A stretch of 64,000 bases of DNA from positions 1 to 64,000 of IMG/VR virus record IMGVR_UViG_3300019124_000103; one strand, written 5' to 3'. Made by a program: the position numbers and the translations under genes. The notes under the pieces were generated by a model. That model made no database searches, was not told where the DNA came from, and worked only from the letters and a program-made list of their open reading frames with translations. Source of the stretch: a virus. Positions 43,655 to 52,750 of this stretch are shown here, piece by piece; the stretch's first letter is position 1, and every line of letters starts with the position of its first letter.

Positions 43655-44659
43655 TTAGCGGTGCAGGTTCTTCGCGCGCAGTTGGGTGTAGCGCATGAGC
43701 TGCTTCGGGTCTTTGTGTCCCGATACCAGCATGATTTCCGGGATGCTGTACTTCCCCGACTCCACCAGCCGGCTGATCGCCTCGTGCCGGAGATCGTAAA
43801 GGCGTAGGTCGGTGATCCCGCAGGCCCGACAAGCCCGGGGGAAGATCGACGACCAGCTATCGCCGTTGACCGGGAAGATGAACGGCGAGGTTTTCGGCTG
43901 GCGGTCGATGATCTCCATGCACCGCCCGAGAAGGGGGACCGTCTGGTTGTTCCCGATCTTCTTCCGGGGGTCTTTGCGGTCGCGGATCAAGATGGTTCGA
44001 TCCTCGCGGTTCAGATCTTCCCACCGTAGGCGCACGATCTCGCTGGGTGGCCGGAATGCGCTATCAAGGATGAAGTCGATGATGTCCGGCGTCAGCGAGC
44101 TGGAGTGCTCGCCCAGCCACGCCCGCAGCTTCGTCAGTTCCTCGGCGGTGGGGCGGCGGTCACGCTCGGCGCTGCGGCTGGTCATCCCCATGTGATTGAG
44201 GATGTCCCGAGCCTCGTCAACCACGCTCGGGTGGACCGGGTACTTCCACAGCGCGCGGGCGATCTTCAGCACCCCCTTCAGGTACGTGAGATCGATGCTC
44301 GCCGTGACGCCTGACACCTGGCGTTCCTCCGTGATGTACGTCACCAGCCGCTCGGGGGTTAGGGTGGTGGCGGCGTCCTTTGCCAGCCACTCGCGCAGCT
44401 TCTTGAGCACGTCCGCCTTGTTTCGGCCGAACGGCTTGAGCTTGCCCACCTCGTCACAGTAGCGGTCGATCAGGGCGCCCACAGTGACCTTGCCGCCGCT
44501 GGCGTTGACGCCGGCCCGTGCAGAGTCGTATTCCGTCTCGATCTTGCGCGCCCACTTCTCCGCGAGAATCTTGGTCGGGAAGGTCTGCGTCTGAGGCGGG
44601 AATCCCTTCCTCCGCACCTGCGCCCGCCACTTCTCCCCAATCCTGATGATCGACGCCAT
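43655..44659 (-). CDS. int: Tyrosine integrase B (dusA-associated type)
   Basis: MASI...KWRAQVRRKG N-terminus, AFR..EI, RDRKDP, DLRHEAISRL, SGH, RYT; adjacent dusA-like att core. Confidence 0.92.
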   Translation of the reverse strand: MASIIRIGEKWRAQVRRKGFPPQTQTFPTKILAEKWARKIETEYDSARAGVNASGGKVTVGALIDRYCDEVGKLKPFGRNKADVLKKLREWLAKDAATTLTPERLVTYITEERQVSGVTASIDLTYLKGVLKIARALWKYPVHPSVVDEARDILNHMGMTSRSAERDRRPTAEELTKLRAWLGEHSSSLTPDIIDFILDSAFRPPSEIVRLRWEDLNREDRTILIRDRKDPRKKIGNNQTVPLLGRCMEIIDRQPKTSPFIFPVNGDSWSSIFPRACRACGITDLRLYDLRHEAISRLVESGKYSIPEIMLVSGHKDPKQLMRYTQLRAKNLHR

Positions 44660-44660
44660 T

Positions 44661-44880
44661 TCCGTAGCACTCCCCGTAGCAACGCGGCAGTGTACGGACG
44701 TGTTGGCGCGTGCAAAAGACTGGACAAACATGCTACGGAAGTGCTACAGCACCAGAGGCGATGGCTGAGAAATCAAGCACTTACGCCTCATGGCGTCTGT
44801 CGGTGGCACCGATGATGGATTGGACAAAAGTGCTAATGCTCACGCGGCTTTACGCTGCTGCTGTAGCAAAGTAATAGCAC
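44661..44880. other. attP of dusA-targeting element (core plus arm repeats)
   Basis: Core 44791-44825 encodes WRLSVAPMMDWT (DusA N-terminal motif); IR AAGCACTT/AAGTGCT flanks it; paired (C/T)GTAGCA arm-type repeats at 44663, 44675, 44731, 44742, 44862, 44873. Confidence 0.82.
44761..44874 (+). pseudogene. dusA: Phage-borne replacement 5' end of dusA (37 codons, not joined to the dusA body)
   Basis: AGAGG RBS, MAEKSSTYASWRLSVAPMMDWT then diverges (KVLML...) instead of the expected DRH..R. Confidence 0.75.
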
Positions 44881-45088
44881 CGGCGCGCTGCGCGTCGATG
44901 TGGTTCGCCACGTCGTGAACGTGAGCAACCCACTTGCTGCCGAGCTTGAAAACAGGGATGGGGAACTCCTGCGCGTACACCTTGTTCTCGGCGGTGCGTT
45001 CGGTGATGCCCATGATGTCGGCCACGTCCTTGAGGGTCATTACCGGGCGGCCCTCGTTCATCATCAAAAGCGCGAGTACCGTTTTCAT
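44840..45088 (-). CDS. xis: PrtN-like excisionase/regulator
   Basis: MKTVLALL...LKDVADIMGI...FPIPVFKLG...VHDVANHIDAQR; abuts att. Confidence 0.75.
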   Translation of the reverse strand: MKTVLALLMMNEGRPVMTLKDVADIMGITERTAENKVYAQEFPIPVFKLGSKWVAHVHDVANHIDAQRAGAITLLQQQRKAA

Positions 45089-45089
45089 C

Positions 45090-45362
45090 TCATCCCTCCC
45101 CCCGTTCAAGGTGGGCGTCTATGGCGGCGTCTAGTCCTACGTCGCTGGTGTCGGTCGTGTCGAACGTAGCTAGCAACACCTCCATACGCTCCCAGCGCAG
45201 CCAGCGATACCGCCTTGCATCAGCCTCGGCTTTGCACAGCTTCGCGGCCAAATCCTCTGCGTGCTGCACCGCCCCTCGGAGCAGGTTCCGTTCGGCCTCC
45301 ACCTGGGCCTCGGCTGCTGCCAGCTTCTCCCGTAGGGATGCGATCTCTGTGGTGCTGCTCAT
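45090..45362 (-). CDS. Hypothetical early protein
   Basis: Shorter allele of the C-terminal part of 1271..2107. Confidence 0.7.
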   Translation of the reverse strand: MSSTTEIASLREKLAAAEAQVEAERNLLRGAVQHAEDLAAKLCKAEADARRYRWLRWERMEVLLATFDTTDTSDVGLDAAIDAHLERGEG

Positions 45363-45604
45363 GGGTGATCCCTCGTCTGGTCTGGGCGCGCCACTCCGTG
45401 GCCGGGCTCTGCGGGCTCCGCCCCAAGCCGCTGCGCGTCTTGGCCTTCGGCTCCGATCCCTCGCGCTTCCCGTAGCGGGGACGAAAGCCCATGACGCCGT
45501 AGATAGTCCGTTGCCCGCCTAATTGCTTGGTTTTGCGCGTCGTGCTTCTTGAGGTGATGGCATAGCACGCGCACCAGCATGGCAAGTTCAGCCGTGTCGG
45601 TCAT
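45359..45604 (-). CDS. Hypothetical protein
   Basis: AAGGAG RBS; ELAMLVRVL...ATDYLRRHGLSSPLR. Confidence 0.65.
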   Translation of the reverse strand: MTDTAELAMLVRVLCHHLKKHDAQNQAIRRATDYLRRHGLSSPLREARGIGAEGQDAQRLGAEPAEPGHGVARPDQTRDHP

Positions 45605-45824
45605 CTGGCACTCCTTGGGTATTCGGCTCATAAGGCGAGCGAAGCCGTACAACGTCCGCTTGGTCAACCAGCAAAGCCGGCGCGCGGTCAAAGTCAACGT
45701 CGCACCACCGGAGGTCTCGAATGCTTGAATCGACTTGACCGCCGATGAAGGCTGGCCCGTTGACCAGCACTTGCAACACCGCCTTGCCGCCGAGCCCGCG
45801 GCGCACTCTGTATCGGTTCACCAT
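45588..45824 (-). CDS. Hypothetical protein
   Basis: GGAGG RBS; YRVRRGLGGKAVLQV...W.D. Confidence 0.55.
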   Translation of the reverse strand: MVNRYRVRRGLGGKAVLQVLVNGPAFIGGQVDSSIRDLRWCDVDFDRAPALLVDQADVVRLRSPYEPNTQGVPDDRHG

Positions 45825-46417
45825 TTCGCCTCCGGGGCGTTGGCTTGCTCGGTTATGCGCGATTGGATGACGGCGGCCGGCGGCGGGTCTGGAAGCTCTC
45901 GCCAGCAGGCAATCGCCCCTTCGGGGACTAGCCCTGCGCAACAGAACCAAGCCACGCCGTTCCACCAGCCGACAAGACGCCCACCGTCCCAGCGGTGGCA
46001 CAGAACCTCGCGCAGGTCTGCCGGCTTCAGCTCGTTGGCCCAGTTCCATACATCTCTCGTCCAGAGCGCGCAGTTCATGCGCAGCACCGATCCTGGCGGA
46101 CAACTGCAACGCTCGCCGCCAATGCACAGCCCTGATGGGTCGTTCTTGCATTGCTCCCGGCATGCCGAATCACCGCACGGGTGTGTGCAGGCCGCGCCAG
46201 CGATAGGAGCGGACGCCGCGTCAGCGGCTGGAGCGGATAGCGCGGTCCCCGAAGGGGAGGCGCCCTGAACCTGTCCGGCTCCCAAAGGCTGGGAGAGGGA
46301 GGTGCGTAGCTGGCGCAGTTCTTCAAGCGCTTCCAGCACATCCGCATGCCCAAGCTCGGCGAGCAGCCTCTGCGTGCGGACGATCCTGCGAAGGCTCCCT
46401 GTCTTGTCGGTGCTCAT
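45818..46417 (-). CDS. Mosaic hypothetical protein (Cys-rich + DUF551-like tail)
   Basis: N-terminus shared with 2733..3158; C-terminal WRELPDPP. Confidence 0.65.
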   Translation of the reverse strand: MSTDKTGSLRRIVRTQRLLAELGHADVLEALEELRQLRTSLSQPLGAGQVQGASPSGTALSAPAADAASAPIAGAACTHPCGDSACREQCKNDPSGLCIGGERCSCPPGSVLRMNCALWTRDVWNWANELKPADLREVLCHRWDGGRLVGWWNGVAWFCCAGLVPEGAIACWRELPDPPPAAVIQSRITEQANAPEAKW

Positions 46418-46635
46418 TTGGGGGCTCCTGCGTCTGCGGCCCGCTCGGCTTCGAGACTTCTTCGTATCTGGTCCCGAAGCGCTTCTCTACACCCGGCCAA
46501 CTTGGCGCGGTTGTCTTGGGCCGCGAACTTCCACCGCCCGCTGTCCACCTGCGTCTCGACCAGTTCCAGCCATAGATCAGCGTCCATTGCTGCCGCTAAA
46601 AGCGTGGTCGGCTTTCCGTCTGCCCACCTGCTCAC
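46414..46635 (-). CDS. Hypothetical protein
   Basis: Coupled overlaps on both sides. Confidence 0.6.
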   Translation of the reverse strand: MSRWADGKPTTLLAAAMDADLWLELVETQVDSGRWKFAAQDNRAKLAGCREALRDQIRRSLEAERAADAGAPK

Positions 46636-47291
46636 ACCCCACCCCCTTGTGCGCCAGAGAGGCGTCGCTCAGTGGCGCGGACTATCCAATAGTCCAGCGA
46701 ATCGCTGGGCATGATTTGCTGGCCCCGCGGACCGCTGGCGCACTGACGGAACAGCACGCGGGCATGCGTCAGCACCTCTTCCACCTGGTCGTCCGTCAAC
46801 GCCTCCTGCCCCTGCGCCGAGGGCGGCTGTGCGGGTGCTGTGGGGGTGACGCAAGAGCAGTTCACGATGTCGCTCGCGCTGCGAATTGCGGTGCCTTCCC
46901 AGAGGCAGCCGACGGCGTGTTTCGCCACTGCCGGCTGCTCTGCCTGCTCGGGCACTGAGGGGGCGGCGTCAATCAGGCGCAGCACCTCGCGCTCGATGCG
47001 GCGGATCGTCTCTTTCGCCCAGCCGAACTCCGAGCGCATGGCGAGCACCTGCTCATCCGTCAGTGCTGCGGGTGCCTGCTTACCCTCCCATTCGCGCCAC
47101 TTTGCGGCGTGCGCCAGGGATTCACGCAGCACGGGGATCGTGTCAACGCCAACAGGCGGTGCTGCGGGTGCCTGCTCGGTGGTGGCGAGGGCGACGCGCG
47201 CTCCACCCATTGCGACATGAGCCCGCTCCAGGTCTTTTGCGTCAAGCGCTGCCAGCAGTTCGCGCAGCGCCTCTCTCGTGGCGTCGGTCAT
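46632..47291 (-). CDS. Mosaic early hypothetical protein
   Basis: Shares blocks with 3155..3997. Confidence 0.75.
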   Translation of the reverse strand: MTDATREALRELLAALDAKDLERAHVAMGGARVALATTEQAPAAPPVGVDTIPVLRESLAHAAKWREWEGKQAPAALTDEQVLAMRSEFGWAKETIRRIEREVLRLIDAAPSVPEQAEQPAVAKHAVGCLWEGTAIRSASDIVNCSCVTPTAPAQPPSAQGQEALTDDQVEEVLTHARVLFRQCASGPRGQQIMPSDSLDYWIVRATERRLSGAQGGGV

Positions 47292-47434
47292 GATGTGTGC
47301 TCCTTCGCCGGCCAGCGCAGCGTTGCGACCAGTGGGCGGCCCTGTTTGTCAAACGCGCCGGGGTACAGCTTCGCAAGCGCGGCCAGGTCTGCGCGGGCCT
47401 GGCGCTGGATGCGGAGGATGTCGGCAAGGGTCAC
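47288..47434 (-). CDS. 48-aa hypothetical protein (not in ORF track)
   Basis: Manual translation MTLADILRIQRQARADLAALAKLYPG...EHTS; same slot and end as 3994..4209. Confidence 0.55.
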   Translation of the reverse strand: MTLADILRIQRQARADLAALAKLYPGAFDKQGRPLVATLRWPAKEHTS

Positions 47435-48042
47435 GATGCCTGCTCCTGCTGTTGTGTGGAGAGGGCCAACAAGGCCCGCGCAGCCTGATAGACGTAGGGC
47501 TTCAGGTCGTCGCAGCCCTCTTTGATCGTGAAGCCGTTCGCTAGGAAGACCGCGCGAATCTGCGCATCCGTCAGCCCCTGTGCTGCAGGGGTGGGAGTGG
47601 ATCGGGCGGCAGCTTCACAGTCTTCTTCCGAGACAGTGCCGGCCGCGGCCAGAAGGTCCGCCCACTGCCATTCCTCCTCCTGCATCACGCGCTCCATGGC
47701 GCGGTTCGGGCGAAGCGGCACAAGCGCGAAGCCTGCGGGAATCGCCCCCGCCCCTGCGGGCTGTGGTGCTGGTGGGGTGGTGTAGAGGGGCGTTATGTCC
47801 CGCAGCTTGTCCGGGTAGCCGGGGCACCAGGCGATGCCCTCCGGCTGGTCCTTATCGTGGAAGCCCACCGGTTCTGCTGCCTCCTGCTGGGCGAGGGCGG
47901 CGGACTCGATGAACCGGCGCAGAGTCTCTCGCGGCCCGACCGGGTCCACCGACACATTCATGCGGGCGAAGTCATCGAGCGATTCCAGCGCTTCGAGCGC
48001 CTGCTCTCGGGTGACTGCCAGCGCTTCTCGGTCTTGGGTCAT
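47431..48042 (-). CDS. Mosaic early hypothetical protein
   Basis: Shares blocks with 4206..4739. Confidence 0.75.
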   Translation of the reverse strand: MTQDREALAVTREQALEALESLDDFARMNVSVDPVGPRETLRRFIESAALAQQEAAEPVGFHDKDQPEGIAWCPGYPDKLRDITPLYTTPPAPQPAGAGAIPAGFALVPLRPNRAMERVMQEEEWQWADLLAAAGTVSEEDCEAAARSTPTPAAQGLTDAQIRAVFLANGFTIKEGCDDLKPYVYQAARALLALSTQQQEQAS

Positions 48043-48098
48043 ATGTGGTTTCCCGTGGGAGCTAACCCGGGCCTGCGGCCCTAGGCGTTCTGGAATGT

Positions 48099-48524
48099 TT
48101 AGCCTCGGCCCGCGGCGTTGCTGGGTGTCACCCCATGCATAGCCAGGAACGCCACGGTGTAGTCAATGAGACTGGAGCCTCTCTGCCTGGACATCGCGGC
48201 AGTGCTTTCGCGGATATTCACGAACTCGCCCTCAAGTCCCGGGACGATTTCAGCCCCTTGCTTTGTGGCGGTGGCATGCCCGGAGACAAACAGCACCTTC
48301 CACTGCTCGGCCGTTCTCGGGGCTCCGGCCCAGCACAAGCCGGCCTTTTCGGCGTCCTGGCAGAGCGCGTGAAACTTGGCGTTTTGATCCAGGCTGCGGC
48401 GCTCGGGCTTGACCGTGACTTCCAGTCGATGGCCCTGGAGGGTTTCGCCCTTGATCTGGCTCCATAGGTCGGACCAGACCTTGTATGCCTGCTGTGGGTT
48501 CACTAGCTTCTGGGTGACTTTCAT
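48099..48524 (-). CDS. ninB: NinB/Orf-family protein (second allele)
   Basis: RSLDQNAKFHALC...EQWKVLF...IRESTAAMS. Confidence 0.8.
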   Translation of the reverse strand: MKVTQKLVNPQQAYKVWSDLWSQIKGETLQGHRLEVTVKPERRSLDQNAKFHALCQDAEKAGLCWAGAPRTAEQWKVLFVSGHATATKQGAEIVPGLEGEFVNIRESTAAMSRQRGSSLIDYTVAFLAMHGVTPSNAAGRG

Positions 48525-48850
48525 CGCGTCCTCTTCAGCGTTTCCATGTCCCAGCCTTCCCGCTCGGCCATCTCTTGCATTCGTTCGACGTACTCAGCCT
48601 CTAGCTCTCGTCGCTGATCCCGGCTCATGTCGAGACAGTTGTCGTGCTGCTGATGGCAGCCGATCAACCCGAAGTGAGGGGCGCAGAGGGGGAAAATCTT
48701 GGAGTCGCAAACCTTCATCCCTAGTCCCTTGCCGAAATTCGCGTGGGCTGCTTGGCTGAACCCTTCGATACCGCATCCGAAGCACGGCTTAGAGGCGACG
48801 TACCTTCTATACGCCTCTGACCTCAGTAGCCGTGTCTTCGGGTAGAGCAT
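48521..48850 (-). CDS. Zn-binding DUF968-like protein
   Basis: Near-identical to 5215..5544. Confidence 0.7.
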   Translation of the reverse strand: MLYPKTRLLRSEAYRRYVASKPCFGCGIEGFSQAAHANFGKGLGMKVCDSKIFPLCAPHFGLIGCHQQHDNCLDMSRDQRRELEAEYVERMQEMAEREGWDMETLKRTR

Positions 48851-49125
48851 CAGAAGGGAATGTCGGAACCCTCGTCACGACCGTAGGCGCGCTTCGCCAT
48901 CTCGGTGCCGCCCATCTGGCGCTTTGGCTGCTCGGCCTGCTGTTCCTTGACATTGACCGCAAGAGACATGAACTTGCCCTGTTGACCCGTCTTGATCCAG
49001 GCGGACAACCAGAACTCCACTCCTTCGATGTTGATCGAACCCTTGTAGTCCGGGTGGGTGTCCTTCTCCTTGCGGTCGTTCTTAAAGAGGACGCCGGAGT
49101 TGGTGTTGTCGTATTGCTTGCTCAT
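48850..49125 (-). CDS. Short phage SSB-like protein
   Basis: [11 protein letters not shown]...PDYKG...WLSAW, acidic DIPF tail; occupies the ssb slot. Confidence 0.7.
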   Translation of the reverse strand: MSKQYDNTNSGVLFKNDRKEKDTHPDYKGSINIEGVEFWLSAWIKTGQQGKFMSLAVNVKEQQAEQPKRQMGGTEMAKRAYGRDEGSDIPF

Positions 49126-49793
49126 TACGCTGCCTTTTGCTTTGCGTGGAACTGGATTGAATACGCCTTGATGGCGTTGCGGGTGGATGCGGGCATGAGC
49201 TTGGAAAGGAAGATCTTTTCCAGGTCATCCAGCCCCTCTTGCTCGATGCGCTCGAAAGCCGCTTGGGGGCCGTAGGCTTCAAAGTCGCCCTTGACCGTTT
49301 CCCACAGCTTCAGAAGCTCTTGTTCCCGCACAGCAGGGATGGCCGGGGACTCGTTCAATACGTCGTTCATGACGCCGGTCGGCCGCTTGGTCTGCTTCGG
49401 CGGCTGGCTGGCCGCGTTACCGTCGTCGTCGTCTTGATACAAGCCAACAGCGGCGGCCAGCGAGTAGCGGCGGAGGTATGTGATGGCCGAGCCGTACCCC
49501 TGCGGGTCGTTCTTCGGCAGCGTCACAACCGCCATTGACTCGATCCACTCACCCGACTCGTGAAGCAAACGGGTCGTCAAAGCCAAGGTGCCGGGGTCGC
49601 TTGGGGCCGGTAGTTGAATGAAGGCGACGCCGTTTGCGTTCAGGGCCGGCTTGATCGCGTCGATCACTGCGGGAAGGTCCGCGTACTTGTTGCGGAAGTG
49701 CGGGTTCACCGCATCTTTCGCCGCGAAGGTGATCGCCCCTTGCGCCTTCACTAGCGCCTGGCTGATCTTGCTGATTGATTCGCTGGTTCTCAT
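49125..49793 (-). CDS. erf: ERF-family single-strand annealing protein
   Basis: [35 protein letters not shown]...DDDGN. Confidence 0.93.
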   Translation of the reverse strand: MRTSESISKISQALVKAQGAITFAAKDAVNPHFRNKYADLPAVIDAIKPALNANGVAFIQLPAPSDPGTLALTTRLLHESGEWIESMAVVTLPKNDPQGYGSAITYLRRYSLAAAVGLYQDDDDGNAASQPPKQTKRPTGVMNDVLNESPAIPAVREQELLKLWETVKGDFEAYGPQAAFERIEQEGLDDLEKIFLSKLMPASTRNAIKAYSIQFHAKQKAA

Positions 49794-49813
49794 ATTCGTA
49801 CTCCTGTGTCCAG

Positions 49814-50014
49814 TCAGGCCCGAGGTTCGCTGCCGGTAGCGGCTTCATAGATCGCCTCCAGCGCCTTCAAGTCATCCGTCGTTGGGTCGGGTTCATACGA
49901 TTCGGGCCATTCGCCGTGTTCCGCGTAGAACTCCTGCGCCGTCATCAGATGGGCTTCCCCACAAGCCCGGCAGAACAGATCCACCGAGCATCCGCAGTAG
50001 GTGCAGTACATCAA
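49814..50014 (-). CDS. Small Zn-ribbon hypothetical protein
   Basis: CTYCG...CRACGE. Confidence 0.6.
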   Translation of the reverse strand: MMYCTYCGCSVDLFCRACGEAHLMTAQEFYAEHGEWPESYEPDPTTDDLKALEAIYEAATGSEPRA

Positions 50015-50259
50015 TGCACCTCGTCGCCGACAACGTGCCTAGACCACCAAGCCACGAGGCGCTGCTTCCAGGTGAGCGGTGCGGGGACATGGCACATACC
50101 CCCGGGCATCTCTCCCCACATGGGCCAGCAGTCACAGGGGCGGCGACCTTGGTTGCAGTTACCACCGCAGCCGAGAACAACGGTCAGGCGCTGGGCGTAC
50201 AGCTCGCGGGTCTTGACGGTTTCGACCATGGCGAAGTGAGCGTTGCGGTCGTTCATCAC
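50011..50259 (-). CDS. Cys-rich hypothetical protein
   Basis: Homolog of 7340..7585. Confidence 0.7.
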   Translation of the reverse strand: MMNDRNAHFAMVETVKTRELYAQRLTVVLGCGGNCNQGRRPCDCWPMWGEMPGGMCHVPAPLTWKQRLVAWWSRHVVGDEVH

Positions 50260-50438
50260 ATCGCTCCCGCCAAGAGAAGAACCGCAAGAACCGCCATCAC
50301 GACAACGCCGACATAGGTCGCTGCTGCGTGGCCCTTGCTGGCGAACACCTCAACAGGCGAGGCGTAGTCAGCGGGGGATTGATAGACCCGATGGGCGCGC
50401 ATCCACGCCTCGGGCGTCTCAGTGAAGTTGCGCTTCAT
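50256..50438 (-). CDS. Small membrane protein
   Basis: Homolog of 7582..7764. Confidence 0.7.
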   Translation of the reverse strand: MKRNFTETPEAWMRAHRVYQSPADYASPVEVFASKGHAAATYVGVVVMAVLAVLLLAGAM

Positions 50439-50650
50439 GCTGTCTCCCAAATCACGCCAACTTGGCGCACGTTGCGTTGCTGATCGATAGCCACCACGTC
50501 CACACCCTGGGACGTGCGCCAGAACTCCAAACGAATCCCCGCCATGTCATCCATGCCTTCGACTTGAAGGGCAGAGAGAAAGAAGGGCCGGGGTGCTTGC
50601 ATTGCCTCGGGTGTGGGGCAGGGCAAGACTGAATCGAGGAGGGCGCTCAC
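50435..50650 (-). CDS. Hypothetical protein
   Basis: Homolog of 7761..7976. Confidence 0.7.
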   Translation of the reverse strand: MSALLDSVLPCPTPEAMQAPRPFFLSALQVEGMDDMAGIRLEFWRTSQGVDVVAIDQQRNVRQVGVIWETA

Positions 50651-50943
50651 ACTGCACCCCCTGGCCGGTCGTCACGTCGGAGGCCGGGATTCGCTTCGCG
50701 GAACTCAGCGAGCGTCTGACGACCGGATTTGTCCAGCAGCGCGCGGCCGACTGCCGTGATGTTGTCTCCGTCAAGCGCACCCCACCCGCGGAGCGTGGCG
50801 CGGCACGTCACAAGGCCACGGGCATCGCCGACCGTCATTGCCTTGAGTGGCTTCCCGTCGCGTGCCGCGAGAAGCACGGCACGATGGCCGCTGTTCATGC
50901 GTGCGCGCATCTGCTTGATGCTTGGCGTGTGCTTCGCTTCCAT
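50647..50943 (-). CDS. Hypothetical protein
   Basis: AKHTP start shared with 7973..8290, remainder unrelated. Confidence 0.6.
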   Translation of the reverse strand: MEAKHTPSIKQMRARMNSGHRAVLLAARDGKPLKAMTVGDARGLVTCRATLRGWGALDGDNITAVGRALLDKSGRQTLAEFREANPGLRRDDRPGGAV

Positions 50944-51275
50944 CACAGCGCAGCCTCCCGAAACTTGGTCTTGCACGAATGGCAGTGCATGACGCGGTTA
51001 AAGCTCGCGGAGATCTCCGCGCAGTCCTCACACGGCTCAGGCTCGGGAGCCGTCAGCACCTTGATCTCGTCTTGGAGGTCTTGCACCGTGTAGAAGGCGC
51101 TGCGGAGCTGTCCGCGCAGCAGGCCCACGAGATAGGCCAGGCGCGCCAGATCGCCGCCGCCCACCTTCGCCACGTAGGCGTCAGCCTGCGCCTCCAGCCG
51201 ATCTAGAACGCGGTCACATGCGCTCTGCTTCTGCTTCCACGGAGCGGGGATCGGGATGTCGGTTTGCATTGCCAT
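50943..51275 (-). CDS. First gene of leftward operon B, Zn-ribbon C-terminus
   Basis: Homolog of 8287..8619. Confidence 0.75.
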   Translation of the reverse strand: MAMQTDIPIPAPWKQKQSACDRVLDRLEAQADAYVAKVGGGDLARLAYLVGLLRGQLRSAFYTVQDLQDEIKVLTAPEPEPCEDCAEISASFNRVMHCHSCKTKFREAAL

Positions 51276-51299
51276 CTCTCCTGCGAGTCGATGGCTGAA

Positions 51300-51340
51300 C
51301 TATGCAACATGCGCAGTCACAAGGCAAGCAGAATGCATAG
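51300..51340. promoter_or_regulatory. oL operators of unit B (CTATGC-N5-GCATAG-like)
   Basis: CTATGCAACATGCGCAG (51300) and GCAAGCAGAATGCATAG (51324), 24-bp spacing. Confidence 0.75.
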
Positions 51341-51405
51341 CCAGAAGACAAATTAGAGTGGCGCCTCTAATTCCGTGTGACTACAGTCGGAGGCGGAGGT
51401 GAGGG

Positions 51406-51903
51406 ATGAGGAAAACGATTTCCGCGGCTGTGGTCGCGGCGATGGTGGCCGGGTGCGCGACTACCCCCGAGCACTACAGGCAGAACAAGGCGGGCTTATC
51501 TGATCTGGAGGTGTGCCGCGCTTCCCGGGCCGCAATGAATGCCGCGGATTGGTCTTGGCACAGCGAAACAATGGAAGATATGGCCGCTCGGGGCCTTACT
51601 GCCGCGTCGTGCGTCGAGCTAGTAGCCGAGGCGGAGCAGAAAGCCAAAACGGTTGGGGCGATCGTCCTGGGAGTCGCCGCACTCGCGTTGATCGCTTCGC
51701 AGGCCAAGAAGGGCAGGATTGGTGGATCGCAGGCCACCGGCCAAGACTTTGACTGGGACTGGGATCTTTTCTACGGCGAGCGCATGCAGATGGTGTGGGC
51801 CTGCCGTGGCGTGCAAACGGGGCAATTCGCGGAGCCTTATAGATGTCAGCACAAGGCCCAAACCGACTTGCGGTGGCCGGGCTTGCAAGCGCCTTGGCGC
51901 TGA
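51406..51903 (+). CDS. Lipoprotein moron
   Basis: GGAGG RBS, lipobox VAGC, internal TM, WDWD...WACR...GQF..C domain. Confidence 0.8.
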   Translation: MRKTISAAVVAAMVAGCATTPEHYRQNKAGLSDLEVCRASRAAMNAADWSWHSETMEDMAARGLTAASCVELVAEAEQKAKTVGAIVLGVAALALIASQAKKGRIGGSQATGQDFDWDWDLFYGERMQMVWACRGVQTGQFAEPYRCQHKAQTDLRWPGLQAPWR

Positions 51904-52145
51904 TGGCCGCGGCCGGGCAGTCCAGCGCTTCTGCACGCTCCCCCGCAGTCAAAGCAGAGTTCCGCCGCCTGAACCCCTGCCCGAGCACCGGGAAGACGAG
52001 AGGCGCCTGTCCGGGCTATCACGTCGATCACCGGGAAAGCCTCATCTGCGGTGGCAAAGACGAGGTGTCGAACCTGCAATGGCTATCGATCCCCGAGCAC
52101 AAAGAGAAAACCCGCGTCGAGGTGAAGCTGTGCCGCTCGCGGTAG
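51873..52145 (+). CDS. Small HNH-like protein with putative signal peptide (start uncertain)
   Basis: ASALALMAAAG...RSPAVKAEFRRLNPCPSTG...VDHRESLICGG...NLQW. Confidence 0.7.
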   Translation: MAGLASALALMAAAGQSSASARSPAVKAEFRRLNPCPSTGKTRGACPGYHVDHRESLICGGKDEVSNLQWLSIPEHKEKTRVEVKLCRSR

Positions 52146-52270
52146 ATCGTTACGACCGCTCACGAATTGGGGCGCTTTCACCCCTTAATCTTGGGGTTGA
52201 CGCCTCGGACCTAGTACACGATTGGGCGTCGATAGAAGACTCGCCCGGCCCTGTGGCTCACGCGGTGAGC

Positions 52271-52295
52271 TAGCGTACTGGATACATTTACAGTA
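52271..52295 (+). promoter_or_regulatory. LexA box (and putative -10) of SpoIIAA-like gene B
   Basis: TACTGGATACATTTACAGTA (52276-52295), close to the TACTG(TA)5CAGTA consensus; TAGCGT immediately upstream. Confidence 0.82.
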
Positions 52296-52321
52296 CAACA
52301 AAGTGAGTGGGCATGAGCGGT

Positions 52322-52750
52322 ATGGACGAGTTTGAAATCACCCGGCGCGGCGGGATGCTCATCGTGCAGGTGGGCGGCTTCTTTACGGTGGAGAAGGCCG
52401 ATGAACTTCGGCAGCGCATCCTGGCGGACCTTCGGCAGGCCAACGCTGTGAAGTGCCTCATTGATCTGCGGCGGTGCGTCTTGGTCATGGGCGAGGCCCA
52501 AATCGACCAGATGGCGGAAGCCGAGCTGGCGAGCGGGCTGGAGGTGGCGACTGGTGTTCTTGCCAGCGAACCGCAGCGGGAGCTGGTCAAGCGCTACGCA
52601 AAGCGCATGGGCGCGACCGGCAGAACCCGCCTGGTCTTCACCGATGCTTCGCGGTCTTTGTGGGAGTGGCTGGGGGGAGTGGTTCCGGAGCTTCTTCCTG
52701 CTCGACAGTTCGAAGTCGGTGCTCGTCCTCAATCTCAAAAGCAACACTAG
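52322..52750 (+). CDS. SpoIIAA/STAS-SEC14-like protein, candidate SOS-inducible antirepressor B
   Basis: RGGMLIVQVGGFFT...KCLIDLRR...GRTRLVFTD...WLGG; homolog of 10307..10738; overlaps cI 3' end. Confidence 0.72.
   Translation: MDEFEITRRGGMLIVQVGGFFTVEKADELRQRILADLRQANAVKCLIDLRRCVLVMGEAQIDQMAEAELASGLEVATGVLASEPQRELVKRYAKRMGATGRTRLVFTDASRSLWEWLGGVVPELLPARQFEVGARPQSQKQH

Noticed and set aside
44660-44731. Extended start of integrase B at 44731
   Set aside because: The extension runs through att arm repeats; MASI at 44659 matches the family N-terminus
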